From positions 1-64,000 of IMG/VR virus record IMGVR_UViG_3300032397_000005: a DNA stretch of 64,000 bases; one strand, given 5' to 3'. The DNA comes from a virus. A program made the position numbers and the translations under genes. Below are positions 19,290-28,900 of this stretch, one piece after another (within the stretch, counting starts at the first letter, position 1; each line of letters opens with the position of its first letter). A model generated the notes under the pieces. It was not told the origin of the DNA, did not search any database, and saw nothing but the letters and a program-made list of their open reading frames with translations.

Positions 19290-19330
19290 CTCCTGGACAT
19301 TTTGTTTCTACATGGTAATATGAGAGTATG
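19276..19330 (+). promoter_or_regulatory. Repeated phage promoter, copy 2
   Basis: TGGACA 19294, TAATAT 19316, ATG 19328. Confidence 0.8.
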
Positions 19331-19558
19331 AACAAAATAACGAACAAGAAGAAGCTCACCGACCACCAGCTCCGTTACCTTCGCCGCCTTCGTCGCGGGG
19401 AGCGGGACTTCCCGGCATCCGCCAAGATGCGGGACGCCCTCCACTCGCTTGGTCTCTTGACGCTGGAGCCGGGCGGGCCATCCACCCTTCGGGACGTCTT
19501 GACTCCCGCCGGGGAAGCGGCCGCGGACGCGGGGATGCCGGCGAGGGTGCCGTCATGA
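19328..19558 (+). CDS. Small hypothetical protein (possible winged helix), probably leaderless
   Basis: LT..QL..L...L...GLL....LTPAGEAA; ATG 6 nt after the -10 box with no SD. Confidence 0.65.
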   Translation: MNKITNKKKLTDHQLRYLRRLRRGERDFPASAKMRDALHSLGLLTLEPGGPSTLRDVLTPAGEAAADAGMPARVPS

Positions 19559-20277
19559 AGCGCAGGGTGAAGACGTTGGCTCCGGTTGGGAAACCCAAAT
19601 ATATCGGATACATCCGAGTGAGTACAGAGGAACAAGCGCGGGAGGGGGTCTCCCTGGAGGCGCAGCGGAGGAAGGTTGAGGCGTACGTCTCGTTGGTCGA
19701 CGGGGAGCTGGTGGACGTGCTCTCCGACGCCGGGCTCTCCGGGAAGAACCTGGAGCGGCCGGCGCTCCGTGAGGCGCTGGACCGCGTGGAGGCGGGGGAG
19801 GCGGACGCCCTGATCGTCTACTCCCTGGATCGGCTCTCCCGCTCGACGCTCGACTTCCTGTCCGTGATTGCGCGCCTCCGGGACGCCGGGCGTGGCTTTG
19901 TTTCCGTTCGGGAGCAGATGGACACCTCCACGCCTCACGGGCGGTTCACCATGACAATCCTGGCGGCGCTGGCGGAGATGGAGCGGGAGATGATCGTCTC
20001 CCGCTGCCGGGAGGCATCGACGCTCCTAAAGCGGACGGGGCGGGTCTACGGGCGGACGCCGTTTGGGTTCTCCCGGGAGGGGGATCGTCTGACGGTGGAC
20101 GTGGATGAGAGCGCGTCCCTCGCCGTCATCGAGGACCTCCGGGCGGGAGGGGTCTCGTACGGTGGGATCGCGGAGGAGCTGAACCGCTACGGGGTGCCAC
20201 CAAAGCGCGGATCCCGGTGGTACGCGTCCTCTGTTCGCTCGGTTCTCCTGACCTCCGCTTCCCTTGCTGCTGAGTGA
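19555..20277 (+). CDS. Serine recombinase (resolvase domain plus short Recombinase-type DNA-binding domain)
   Basis: YIRVSTEEQ, SGK..ERPAL, LDRLSRS, DTSTPHGRF...AEMERE, GRTPFGF...IAEELN..G.....G.RW. Confidence 0.92.
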   Translation: MKRRVKTLAPVGKPKYIGYIRVSTEEQAREGVSLEAQRRKVEAYVSLVDGELVDVLSDAGLSGKNLERPALREALDRVEAGEADALIVYSLDRLSRSTLDFLSVIARLRDAGRGFVSVREQMDTSTPHGRFTMTILAALAEMEREMIVSRCREASTLLKRTGRVYGRTPFGFSREGDRLTVDVDESASLAVIEDLRAGGVSYGGIAEELNRYGVPPKRGSRWYASSVRSVLLTSASLAAE

Positions 20278-20374
20278 TTCTAAGCTCATGTGGGATGGTT
20301 GTTTTTCTCTTTACTTATTGGTAAGGTCGTGATAAGCCGGGGAACTCGATTGGACCCCCCACCAGGAGAATCGG

Positions 20375-20998
20375 ATGACCCCAGATCTTGCTCTGAGTAC
20401 TTACCGTGCGGATCCTAGTAACTTGAATTTTAGAAAAGTTGCGGAGATTTATAATCCTTGGCTCCATACAACGGGACTGCGGACGCTCCGTGAGTTCCCT
20501 AGTCTACACCCGGGAAATGACCTGGATGACGTCGTGAATGAGGGACTCCACGCAATCTCCCGGAACGCCAGGCGATTCGTCTTCTTCTGCGGCTCCTGCG
20601 GGGACGTGTTCCTGTACTCCGCGGATCTCCGGGCGCACGCCCTCCTGAAGCACTCCGTCCGCGGTCCCGCGGAGCTGGTCAGCATTGGGACGTTCTGTGA
20701 GTGCGGGGCCAGGATGACGATGCGGCGCGCGGCTCGAAACGTACTGACCCCGGAGATCCCGGAGGCGGAGGTGGAACTTGGGGGGGACGACTGGTCTGAG
20801 GATCTGGCGCTTCTCAACCTGCTTGTCAAGCGGGCGGAGGCGCGACTCTCCGAGGGTGCGCGTGCCGTCTTACTCCGCGTGCTCTGCGAGGGTTGCGCGG
20901 ACGTTCACCCAGATCATCGCTGGAGGAGTGTTCGCGCGGGGGTGGAGGAGGTTGCATCTGCACTCTCCTCATTTGGACTACTGAGAGATGTGAGATAA
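20375..20998 (+). CDS. Sigma70-region-2-like transcription factor with an inserted C2H2 zinc finger
   Basis: Y.PWL...DLDDVVNEGLHAISRNARRF, then CGSCGDVFLYSADLRAHALLKH, later LSEGARAVL (region-4-like). Confidence 0.55.
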   Translation: MTPDLALSTYRADPSNLNFRKVAEIYNPWLHTTGLRTLREFPSLHPGNDLDDVVNEGLHAISRNARRFVFFCGSCGDVFLYSADLRAHALLKHSVRGPAELVSIGTFCECGARMTMRRAARNVLTPEIPEAEVELGGDDWSEDLALLNLLVKRAEARLSEGARAVLLRVLCEGCADVHPDHRWRSVRAGVEEVASALSSFGLLRDVR

Positions 20999-21008
20999 AA
21001 CGGAGGAC

Positions 21009-21872
21009 GTGATGAGCAAGTTGAAGAAGGAGAAGGGCAAGGGCAAGTTGAAGAAGGAGAAGGCGGAGGAGAAGGCGGAGGAGAAGGCGGAGGAGAAGGC
21101 GGAGGAGAAGGCGGAGGAGAAGGCGGAGGAGAAGGCGGTTGAGGAGGAGGTGTCGACACCTGGCATCGACGGTCCAAAGTGGAAGCTCATGAACCTGGCC
21201 GGTCTGAGTGAGTCCACCAAGGAAGTCCTGAAGTTCAAAGCGAGCAAACGGACGCTCAAGGGCGCGTACGAGGAGGTTCTTGCGTACCTTCGCGGAAGGA
21301 ACGTCGAGTTGCCCTACAACTGCGGGAGGTGCAACGCGCCGATTGACGCTGAGATGGGCCAGTGCTGGGCGTGCGGCTCCGCGTTCTCGGATTCTACTGG
21401 GGAGGGGGAGCCGGAGATCTCCTTCACGGAGCTCAAGGAGCGCGCAAAGCGACTTGGGATCGAGGTGAAGGGGAAGGATCCGGCAACGCTGGTCGGTGAG
21501 ATCGAGGCGGCGGAGGCGCGGCGACGCGCGTCTAGCAAGGCCAGAGACGCCGACCTGGTGGGGATCGAGGCGGTTCAACTGAACCTGAAACTGGTGGAGC
21601 TGATGGGGGATCGCTGGCGCCCGCGAGTGAGTAATCAGTACACCACCTACTCGGATCCCAACGGAGTTCGCAGGATTGCCGTCATTACGAAGGGGTTGGT
21701 GGTTCACTTCTCCGTTGATGACGGGTTCCTGGACGGGATCAACGGCCTGGTGTTCCTGACAAAGGAGGACCGGCGAAAGAGACATTACGGGAGGACCAAC
21801 TACATCTACAACGGGGACATCTCCAAGGACGTCCTGGAGATCTGCAAGAAGGTCCTCAGGCACTACAGGTGA
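21009..21872 (+). CDS. Hypothetical protein with KAEE repeats and a Zn ribbon
   Basis: (KAEE)6; CGRC...CWAC; GGAGG RBS. Confidence 0.7.
   Translation: MMSKLKKEKGKGKLKKEKAEEKAEEKAEEKAEEKAEEKAEEKAVEEEVSTPGIDGPKWKLMNLAGLSESTKEVLKFKASKRTLKGAYEEVLAYLRGRNVELPYNCGRCNAPIDAEMGQCWACGSAFSDSTGEGEPEISFTELKERAKRLGIEVKGKDPATLVGEIEAAEARRRASSKARDADLVGIEAVQLNLKLVELMGDRWRPRVSNQYTTYSDPNGVRRIAVITKGLVVHFSVDDGFLDGINGLVFLTKEDRRKRHYGRTNYIYNGDISKDVLEICKKVLRHYR
21060..21131 (+). repeat. 12-bp coding tandem repeat, 6 copies (AAGGCGGAGGAG)
   Basis: Seen directly. Confidence 0.9.
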
Positions 21873-21875
21873 GTG

Positions 21876-22769
21876 ATGGACACCTTGGTCCTTGGGTTGG
21901 GGCCCGTTGGGCTGCTGACCTCCTACATCAAGAAGGTCCCGTGCGTTGGGGAGCAACTTGGGGGGGACGCTAGGCTCCGGCGCTTGGTCCCAACCGTCAT
22001 ATGGTACTCTCCGGCGACGTCCGGGATCCTCCAGGAACTGGAGCTCTCTCAGGAGGTGGAGGAGGTCCGGTTTGGTTTCTGGGGTCCGCGTGGTATAACG
22101 CAGGACGTCACACCAACGGAGCGGGCGGAGTACCTCCGTCGGAGTGGACGTGACCCCGCAGCGGAGTTGACCTCCGCAATCTCCTCCGGGGCGTCTGGAT
22201 CTCTACTGGGCTACAAGGTCACCGTTGAGGAGCTCTGCGCCGCGCTGGGGGCGCGTTGTGACGTCAGGGTGGGGAAGGTCTCGGGTATTCTACCGGACCT
22301 GCTTGAAGGGCGCGTGCGCGTTCAGGCGACGTGCGGGGAGCTACTCCCGGACCTCCTGATCAACACCCTCCCGGCGCCGGTGTTCGATAAGCTCCTCCGC
22401 GGGGAGTTCACCACGCGGCCGTGGTGCGCCGGGTCGAAGTGGTTCATCGAGGGGCTGTCCTGGTCCGCTCTACTCCGGGAGGCGCGGGACTCCGGCCTTC
22501 GGTGGCTCTACGTGTCGGATCCGTGCGTCCCGTTTGACCGGGTGACAATCCGTCCGCACGGGTTCTCCTACGAGTTCAACTCACAACCTCCTACCTGGTT
22601 CTGGGATGACGTCGTTGGGGAGGTTGTTGGTCCGCTACCGCTTCAGGTGCTTGGGGATCCGCGGGCGGCGATTGAGTTCGGTGGTCTCGTTCGGCACGTT
22701 GGTCGGATGGCCAGGTGGGATCATAGGATACGGATCCACAACGTGGTTGATGAGGTGGTCTATGTCTGA
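21876..22769 (+). CDS. FAD-dependent oxidoreductase-like protein (UDP-galactopyranose mutase/PPOX-like fold)
   Basis: N-terminal VLGLGPVG (GxGxxG), LINTLP, YVSDP.VPF.RVT, C-terminal GRMARW. Confidence 0.65.
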   Translation: MDTLVLGLGPVGLLTSYIKKVPCVGEQLGGDARLRRLVPTVIWYSPATSGILQELELSQEVEEVRFGFWGPRGITQDVTPTERAEYLRRSGRDPAAELTSAISSGASGSLLGYKVTVEELCAALGARCDVRVGKVSGILPDLLEGRVRVQATCGELLPDLLINTLPAPVFDKLLRGEFTTRPWCAGSKWFIEGLSWSALLREARDSGLRWLYVSDPCVPFDRVTIRPHGFSYEFNSQPPTWFWDDVVGEVVGPLPLQVLGDPRAAIEFGGLVRHVGRMARWDHRIRIHNVVDEVVYV

Positions 22770-23742
22770 GGCGTTCAAGGACCTTCTGGCGCGGCAGCTC
22801 GAGTTCAACCTGCGCTTCTTCGCGGACCGGGGCCTTGGGGACGTCCGCCTCCTCTCCGCGCGGGATCGGGTGGAGTGGACGAAGCAGTTCATCCTCCACG
22901 TAGAGGGGGAACTTCATGAGCTTCTAGGGGAGACATCCTGGAAGATGCACCGCCCGTCGCGGGATGAGGCTGTCCGCTCTAATGTTTTGGAGGAGTGGGT
23001 CGACTGCTTCAAGTTCCTCCTCGGGCTGGCGAACGTCTGGGACTTCTCCGCGGCGGAGATCGAGGCGGAGTTCCACCGGAAGACATCCGTGGTCGAGTAC
23101 CGGTACGGGATGGAGCAGCGCCTGCGCGCCATCCGACCCGGGGTCGACCACTTAGTTGGCGTGGACATCGACGGGGTCCTCTCGGACTACCCCGACGTGT
23201 TCTGTGAGTGGGTCTGCCAAACCGTCCCGGAGTTCTCCTTCGAGAAGCGGGGGGACCTGCCCTTCCTCTCCACGCTCCGGGAGGAGCTTGGGTCGAAGCG
23301 ATACCGCGAGCTGAAGGACCGCTACCGGGAGAGCGGGGCGAAGCGGTCCCAGCGGGTCCGCCCGGGCGCGAAGGCGCTCCTCGACGGGCTCCGCGCGGCG
23401 GGGTTCTCCGTCATCCTCCTCTCCGCGCGGCCATACTGGCGCTTTTCACGCATCTACGCGGACACGCTGGAGTGGCTCGCTGAGAACGGGCTCCGGCACG
23501 ACGCGGTCCTCTTTCACCCGGAGAAGCACCGGAAGATCTTGGAGGACTTTCCCGGGCTCCTGGCGATGGTGGAGGACGACCCGGTTGTTGCTGCGGAGAT
23601 GGTCTCCGTGGGGGTATCCGTGGTTCTTGTGAGTAACCAGCTGAACGAGCGTCAAGAGGTTCCGGGCGCGGTGCGCGTGGCCGGTCCTATTGAGGCGCTT
23701 GAAGCAATCCTTGAGATTGCGTTGAGGAGAGTGAGAAAGTGA
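22762..23742 (+). CDS. All-alpha NTP pyrophosphatase (dimeric dUTPase/MazG-like) fused to a HAD 5'-nucleotidase
   Basis: GELHELLGETSWKMH...LEEWVDCFKF; VGVDIDGVL, LSAR, K, MVEDD. Confidence 0.8.
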   Translation: MSEAFKDLLARQLEFNLRFFADRGLGDVRLLSARDRVEWTKQFILHVEGELHELLGETSWKMHRPSRDEAVRSNVLEEWVDCFKFLLGLANVWDFSAAEIEAEFHRKTSVVEYRYGMEQRLRAIRPGVDHLVGVDIDGVLSDYPDVFCEWVCQTVPEFSFEKRGDLPFLSTLREELGSKRYRELKDRYRESGAKRSQRVRPGAKALLDGLRAAGFSVILLSARPYWRFSRIYADTLEWLAENGLRHDAVLFHPEKHRKILEDFPGLLAMVEDDPVVAAEMVSVGVSVVLVSNQLNERQEVPGAVRVAGPIEALEAILEIALRRVRK

Positions 23743-24812
23743 GTGACAGAGCGGAGAAGATCAGGGAGATGCGTCGGAGGATGGGGACGCTTCCCCACCA
23801 GGCGCCGAAGGTCAGCACGCGGTTCTTCCGCGGGGTGGAGGGGATCCAGGTTTCCCTCATCGACGGTCCGGTGAACCCGTATCGGGCGATCTTCACCATG
23901 GCAACGTCCACCTGGGGGGCGGCAACGGCGGACGTTGCGGCGCGTTGGTCCTCCGTTACCCCGGAGGATCGCTTCGAGGTGATTAGATCCGTCCTCCTTG
24001 GGCAGGCACTCCCGTTGGCGCTCGAGGCACCAAAGTTCACCTTTTCCATCGCCGGTCTCTCCCGCTGGTCATTTGACCAGATTGTCCGGGCGCGTCTTGG
24101 GGTGGTCTACGCTTCTCTGGGGACGCGGGACAACTGCCACGCGGACATCCCGTTCCGCTTTCACGAGGCCACGTGGCGGAATCCGGACAAGTTGCGACTT
24201 GCGATGGAGGTTGCTCTACGCGCTAAGACGACGTACGGGATGTTCATGGACTCCGGACTTTCCTCCTGGCAGGAGGCGCGGGAGTTGCTCCCAATCTCGG
24301 TGGTTCACCGCTTTGTGATGGCCATCAACTACGCCTCCCTGCGGACAATGTGCGCGTCTCGGATGACATTCTCCGAGGCGGAGGACACGGTTGCCGTGGC
24401 GTGGCTCCTCCGGGATCGCCTCCTCCAAGAGGATGCCTACCCGTACCTGGCCGCCTGGCTTCGTCCGCGGTGCGACGTTGTTGGATCCTGCTGCTACCAC
24501 CGGGCGTACACCTCGGCGGAGGCGTTTGGGTGTCTCTACAGATCCTGCGGTAGAAACCCGGTCAAGTCGGCTCCCGGGATGCCTCCAATAGACTACGAGG
24601 TGGCGGAGTTTAACGAGGCGTGCTCCGACAGGGAGACGATCTCCCGTCAACTCGGAATCGGGATTCCCGGTTCTGAGGAGGGTCGAGCGGAGAATATCAC
24701 CTTCGCGGACCTGTCTCCGCGAGATAATCACCTGCTGGAGGAGAATGGAAACGCTTTCTACCACGGTTCATCCGGAGTCGATAGCTTGGGTGAATTTGGG
24801 TGGGGAGGATGA
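23739..24812 (+). CDS. Divergent ThyX-family flavoprotein (canonical RHRx7S motif altered)
   Basis: LE...FTFSIAGLSR...QIVRAR..., QEARELLP, N.ASL......R; Cys-rich C-terminus. Confidence 0.7.
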   Translation: MSDRAEKIREMRRRMGTLPHQAPKVSTRFFRGVEGIQVSLIDGPVNPYRAIFTMATSTWGAATADVAARWSSVTPEDRFEVIRSVLLGQALPLALEAPKFTFSIAGLSRWSFDQIVRARLGVVYASLGTRDNCHADIPFRFHEATWRNPDKLRLAMEVALRAKTTYGMFMDSGLSSWQEARELLPISVVHRFVMAINYASLRTMCASRMTFSEAEDTVAVAWLLRDRLLQEDAYPYLAAWLRPRCDVVGSCCYHRAYTSAEAFGCLYRSCGRNPVKSAPGMPPIDYEVAEFNEACSDRETISRQLGIGIPGSEEGRAENITFADLSPRDNHLLEENGNAFYHGSSGVDSLGEFGWGG

Positions 24813-25369
24813 TCCTAGCGTTGGAGGGAATCTCCGCGGTTGGTAAGTCATCCATCGCTACGGCGCTGAGTCGGGCGTTTGGCTTCGACGTGTATCAGGA
24901 TCAGGTGCGTCACGGGATCCTCGGGGAACTCTCCCGGCGGGAGATGTACCTGACCGGGAATCAGTGCGGCCTGGACCTCAGCTTTTTCTCGGGGCTCCTG
25001 GACTTCGTGGCGGACCGCTGGTGCCTGTCTTCCTACGTCTACGACACCTGGGGCGACGTTTCGCTCGAGGGAGCGTACGTGACGCAACTCCTCCCAATGT
25101 ACGTCAGGGCGTCTTCTCGGGTGTACCTCCTTCGATTGGACCCGGAGCTTGCGTTGTCTCGAATGCTCAAGCGGTCCGCTCGGGCGGAACGCGCGGTTGG
25201 GCCGTCCTACTCCCTGCAGCAGCTCCGGGATCTGGATGTAGGTTTTTCCCGGGCTGCGCGCATCTGGGGGGATCTTGGGGGTTGCGTCCTCGAGGTGGAC
25301 GCAACGGACGTTGCGGCGGCGGCGCGAGTGGTCATCGAGGACGTTCTGCTGTCCGGGATTCTCCGGTGA
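24809..25369 (+). CDS. Thymidylate-kinase-like dNMP kinase
   Basis: ILALEGISAVGKSS; ADRW..SSYVY; L.LDPE.AL.R...R. Confidence 0.8.
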   Translation: MILALEGISAVGKSSIATALSRAFGFDVYQDQVRHGILGELSRREMYLTGNQCGLDLSFFSGLLDFVADRWCLSSYVYDTWGDVSLEGAYVTQLLPMYVRASSRVYLLRLDPELALSRMLKRSARAERAVGPSYSLQQLRDLDVGFSRAARIWGDLGGCVLEVDATDVAAAARVVIEDVLLSGILR

Positions 25370-25944
25370 GGATGCTGGTTGAGAGGACCGTGGACTGCCG
25401 TGCTTGCGACCTGGGGTTCCTTGGGCTCCCCAGGTGCGTGGGGTATGGTCCGGTGGTAGCGGAGGTGGCGGTTGTTGGGATCAACCCCTCCGTCCGGGCG
25501 GTGGACGGGGAGACCGCGTTCCGCGTTGCGGATTTTGTTCGAGTTGGGGAACGCGCGGCGGGGTTGAGGTTGACGGGGGCGCTCCGGGCGTTTTGGCACC
25601 TCTCCAGGCTCTCCGGTCTTGAGCTCAGTCTCGCCTACGTCACAAATGCGGTCAAGTGCGCAACGCCGGGGAATCGAGTACCGACCGCGGAGGAGATCGA
25701 AGCGTGCCTGAGAAGCCACTTGACGTTGGAGATGAGTTCCTTGGGGAACCTGCGGAGGGTCTTGGTTCTGGGGAGGATCGTTGGCGCCCACCTCGGGTTA
25801 AGCGACTTCGGGTGCCACCGGACGCTGGACGGTACGCTGGCGGAGGCAACGCTCCTCCGTCACCCGGTGGCCACGCTCCGGCGGTGGACGAGACTCCCGG
25901 TGGAGGCGGCCGCGTGGCGTTCCGCTCTGGGTCGTCCCTCCTAG
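25366..25944 (+). CDS. Uracil-DNA glycosylase superfamily protein (family-4-like Fe-S cysteines)
   Basis: CRACDL, VGYGP..A.V.VVGINP, YVTNAVKC...GNR.PT.EEIEAC, VLVLG, LRHP. Confidence 0.8.
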   Translation: MRMLVERTVDCRACDLGFLGLPRCVGYGPVVAEVAVVGINPSVRAVDGETAFRVADFVRVGERAAGLRLTGALRAFWHLSRLSGLELSLAYVTNAVKCATPGNRVPTAEEIEACLRSHLTLEMSSLGNLRRVLVLGRIVGAHLGLSDFGCHRTLDGTLAEATLLRHPVATLRRWTRLPVEAAAWRSALGRPS

Positions 25945-25994
25945 CGGACGCGGACTCCCAGGCACTCGTCTCAGACATCTCCGGGGACGCGCGG

Positions 25995-28900
25995 ATGAAG
26001 GTCGTTGTCCACAAGGAGTACGCCCAGAGCATCTCCGCGGAGGAGGTGACGGACAAGCGGGACGTGGTTGACCTCCGGGACGCCACGGACTTCGACGACA
26101 TGAAGGACCTCCGCTTCTTCAACGAGCGGGAGTATTACCACGGTTGGTCGGAGGGGGAGGACATTGTCCTCCTACGGCGGGACCCGGAGACGGGGAGGCG
26201 GATCAAGGAGGTCCACCCGTTCGAGTGGTACTTCTACCTGGCGCGGGAGGACTTTGACCGACTCCCGGCGGACAAGGTGGCGTGGCTCTGCCGCCACCAC
26301 GCCAAGCGGGTCGAGCCGGATCCGGCCTTCCCGGATCGCTACGTGCGCGTGTACGTCCCCTATAAGTACCCTAAGATCGATCACGATCGGATCTTCCAGC
26401 GGGTGGGGGATCCGGACGCCGGCGCAATGTGGTTGGCACCGTACGTCCTGGGTGAGCGGCCGCACGCCGTCCGGTTCCCCCAGGATCGGGAGCGCTGGAC
26501 GCACCTTCACGAGGCGCTGGAGTGGTGTCAGCGGAAGGGGCTCACTCCGCTCGAGGCGGACCTGACGCCGAAGCAGCGCTTCCTGACGGACTACGACCTG
26601 CACATTCAGGCGCGCTACCACCTGGGCTTCGTCGACATCGAGACGGACGACACCGTCGGCGGCTTCGACAACAAGGAACACAACCGGATCCTCTCTATCG
26701 CCTGGGAGGGGGACCGCGTGGAGAAGGACCCGGATGATCGCGGATTCGTCATCCTGGAGGCGGAGACGGACGAGGCGGAGCGGGAGATGCTCCTGCGCTT
26801 TAAGAGGGAGTGCCTGGCGCGGTACGACGTTGTGGCGGCTTGGAACGGGTTCGGCTTTGACTTCCCCATCATCATCTACCGGTTCCGGAAGCACCGGATC
26901 CCGATTGACTGGAGGTACCACCTCTTTGCGGATCCGCTACCGGTGTTCAAGCGGCACTACGTCCGGGCGGGGGCGGACGCCATCTCCTACTCCCTGGACG
27001 CAATTGGGTCGGCCGTCCTGAAGATGAGCAAGCTGGACTGGCGGACGGAGTTCCGCCGACGTCAACCTGGGGTGGTCCCGAAGTTCATCAACCTCTACCG
27101 GAGGGAACCGGGGCTCCTGGAGGAGTACAACCGCTACGACGCCACGATACTCCGGAAGCTCGAGGCGTTCACCGGCTTCGTAGCCATCGAGCAGATCTTC
27201 TGCCGCGTTGCCAACGGCTTCGCCAACGATTGGAACATCTCGACCAAGATCGACCAGCTCCTCTTGAAGAAGGGGTTCAAGGACGGGCACCATTTCCCGA
27301 CTCGGTTCTGGTCTCCTGGTCGCCCGGAGCAGTACGAGGGGGCCTACGTTTTCCCACCCAAGGTGGGGATGCACGAGAACGTCTGCGCCTTCGACTTCAA
27401 GTCCCTGTATCCGTCGATGGTCCGGGCGTTCAACATCTCCCCGGAGAGCATTGTCAAGGCGGTGGACCGGGAGGACTTCCTCCGGAAGTACGGTCCGGAC
27501 TCCCTCTGCCGTTGTCCGGTTGTTGACTGCGGCGGCGTGATGAAGGGTGGGGCCACCTTCCGGAAGGATCGGGAGGGGTATATCTCCCAGATGTTTGTCC
27601 GGACGCTGGAGCGGCGGCGGAAGTACACGACGCTCCAGTCCGAGCGACTCAAGGAGGTTGGGAGCACTCAGGATGACCTGTTCCTCCTCTACTACCGCCT
27701 GGCCTACTCCTTCAAGCGACTGGGGCTCTCCTTCTACGGTGATTTGGGGAACCCGCGCTCGCGCTACTACGACACGGAGTTGGCGGAGGCCATCACGCTC
27801 GCTGGGCGGTTCTTCATTCAGCAGACGGCCAAGTATGCGGAGGAAGTTGGCGGATATAAAGCAATTTATGGGGATAGCGTCACCGGGCGCCGGAACCTGG
27901 TGCTGCTCGACCCCGCCGGGCGGCTCCGCGTCCTCCCGGTCGAGCGTCTCTGGGCGGAGCTTTCGGGGGAGGCGGAGGCGCGGTCTGACGGTAAGGAGGT
28001 GAAGCGGGCGGACGGCTGGCGCTCGATGTCCGCGCTCGAGGGTGGGGGCTCTACCTGGGCGCCAGTGGCGGAGGTGATCCGGCACCGGACCGGGAAGCGG
28101 ATCCTGCGTCTGACGACCCCGGAGGGGCAGGTGGAGGTGACCGAGGACCACGGCGTCACCGTCCTGCGGGACGGAGCCCTGGCGGAGAGGACGGCGGCGG
28201 AGGTTCACCGGGACGGGGAGGAGCTGGTCCGCGTGGACGTCCCGCCGGTGGCGGAGGTGGCGGAGGTGGACCTCCTTGCGGAGGTTGGTTCCTACCGCCG
28301 GGAGTACGCGCGGGAGGTCTCCCAGGCGCGGCACGTCCGGCGCGCGGAGGTGCGACTGGGGAGCGAGCGCGCGTCGGACGGGATGGACTTCCTCCTGCTG
28401 ACGTTCGAGGGGGAGATCGGGTTCGAGCCTACCGAGCGGGTCCGCTTCCGACGCCGCTTCCGGGTGGGGACCCCGGAGCTTGATGCCCTCCTGGACCTCC
28501 TCGGGACGTTCTGCGCGGAGGGATCCGTGTCCGTTGTCGGGGACCGCTTTGGCGGGGCTTCTATCGGGATGGAGGACCGCGCGCGGATGGCGGAGCTTTC
28601 CGCCGTCTACCAACTCCTGTGCCCAACCGCGGGGTCTGACGGGCTGACCGATGACGGGCGGAAGCTCCAGATGCGCTGCGAGTTGATCTCCTTGCTCTTT
28701 GCGCGACTCTGCGGCGTCGGGGCGGACGGGAAGCGGGTCCCCGGGTTCGTCTACCACCTCCCGGAGCGGGAGCGGCGGCGCTTCCTCTCCGCCTACCTGC
28801 GCGGGGACGGGCACTTCTGGAATGACCGCCGCGGGGGCGCTACCTGGGAGGACTTCGACGGGTGGGAGTGCGGGAGTAACTCCCTCGAGCTTTCCTCCGG

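Noticed and set aside
19555-20277. Serine recombinase as a prophage integrase marking an att boundary
   Set aside because: It is too short for a large serine integrase, phage genes continue on both sides, and no att site was seen.
20300-20340. TTGGTAAGGT at about 20318 and about 46899 as further promoter copies
   Set aside because: They only partly match, lacking the TGGACA box at the right spacing and the downstream ATG; they could be another promoter class but this is unsupported.
25656-25994. N-terminal extension of PolB given in the ORF track
   Set aside because: It overlaps the UDG-like gene; ATG 25995 is the more plausible start.
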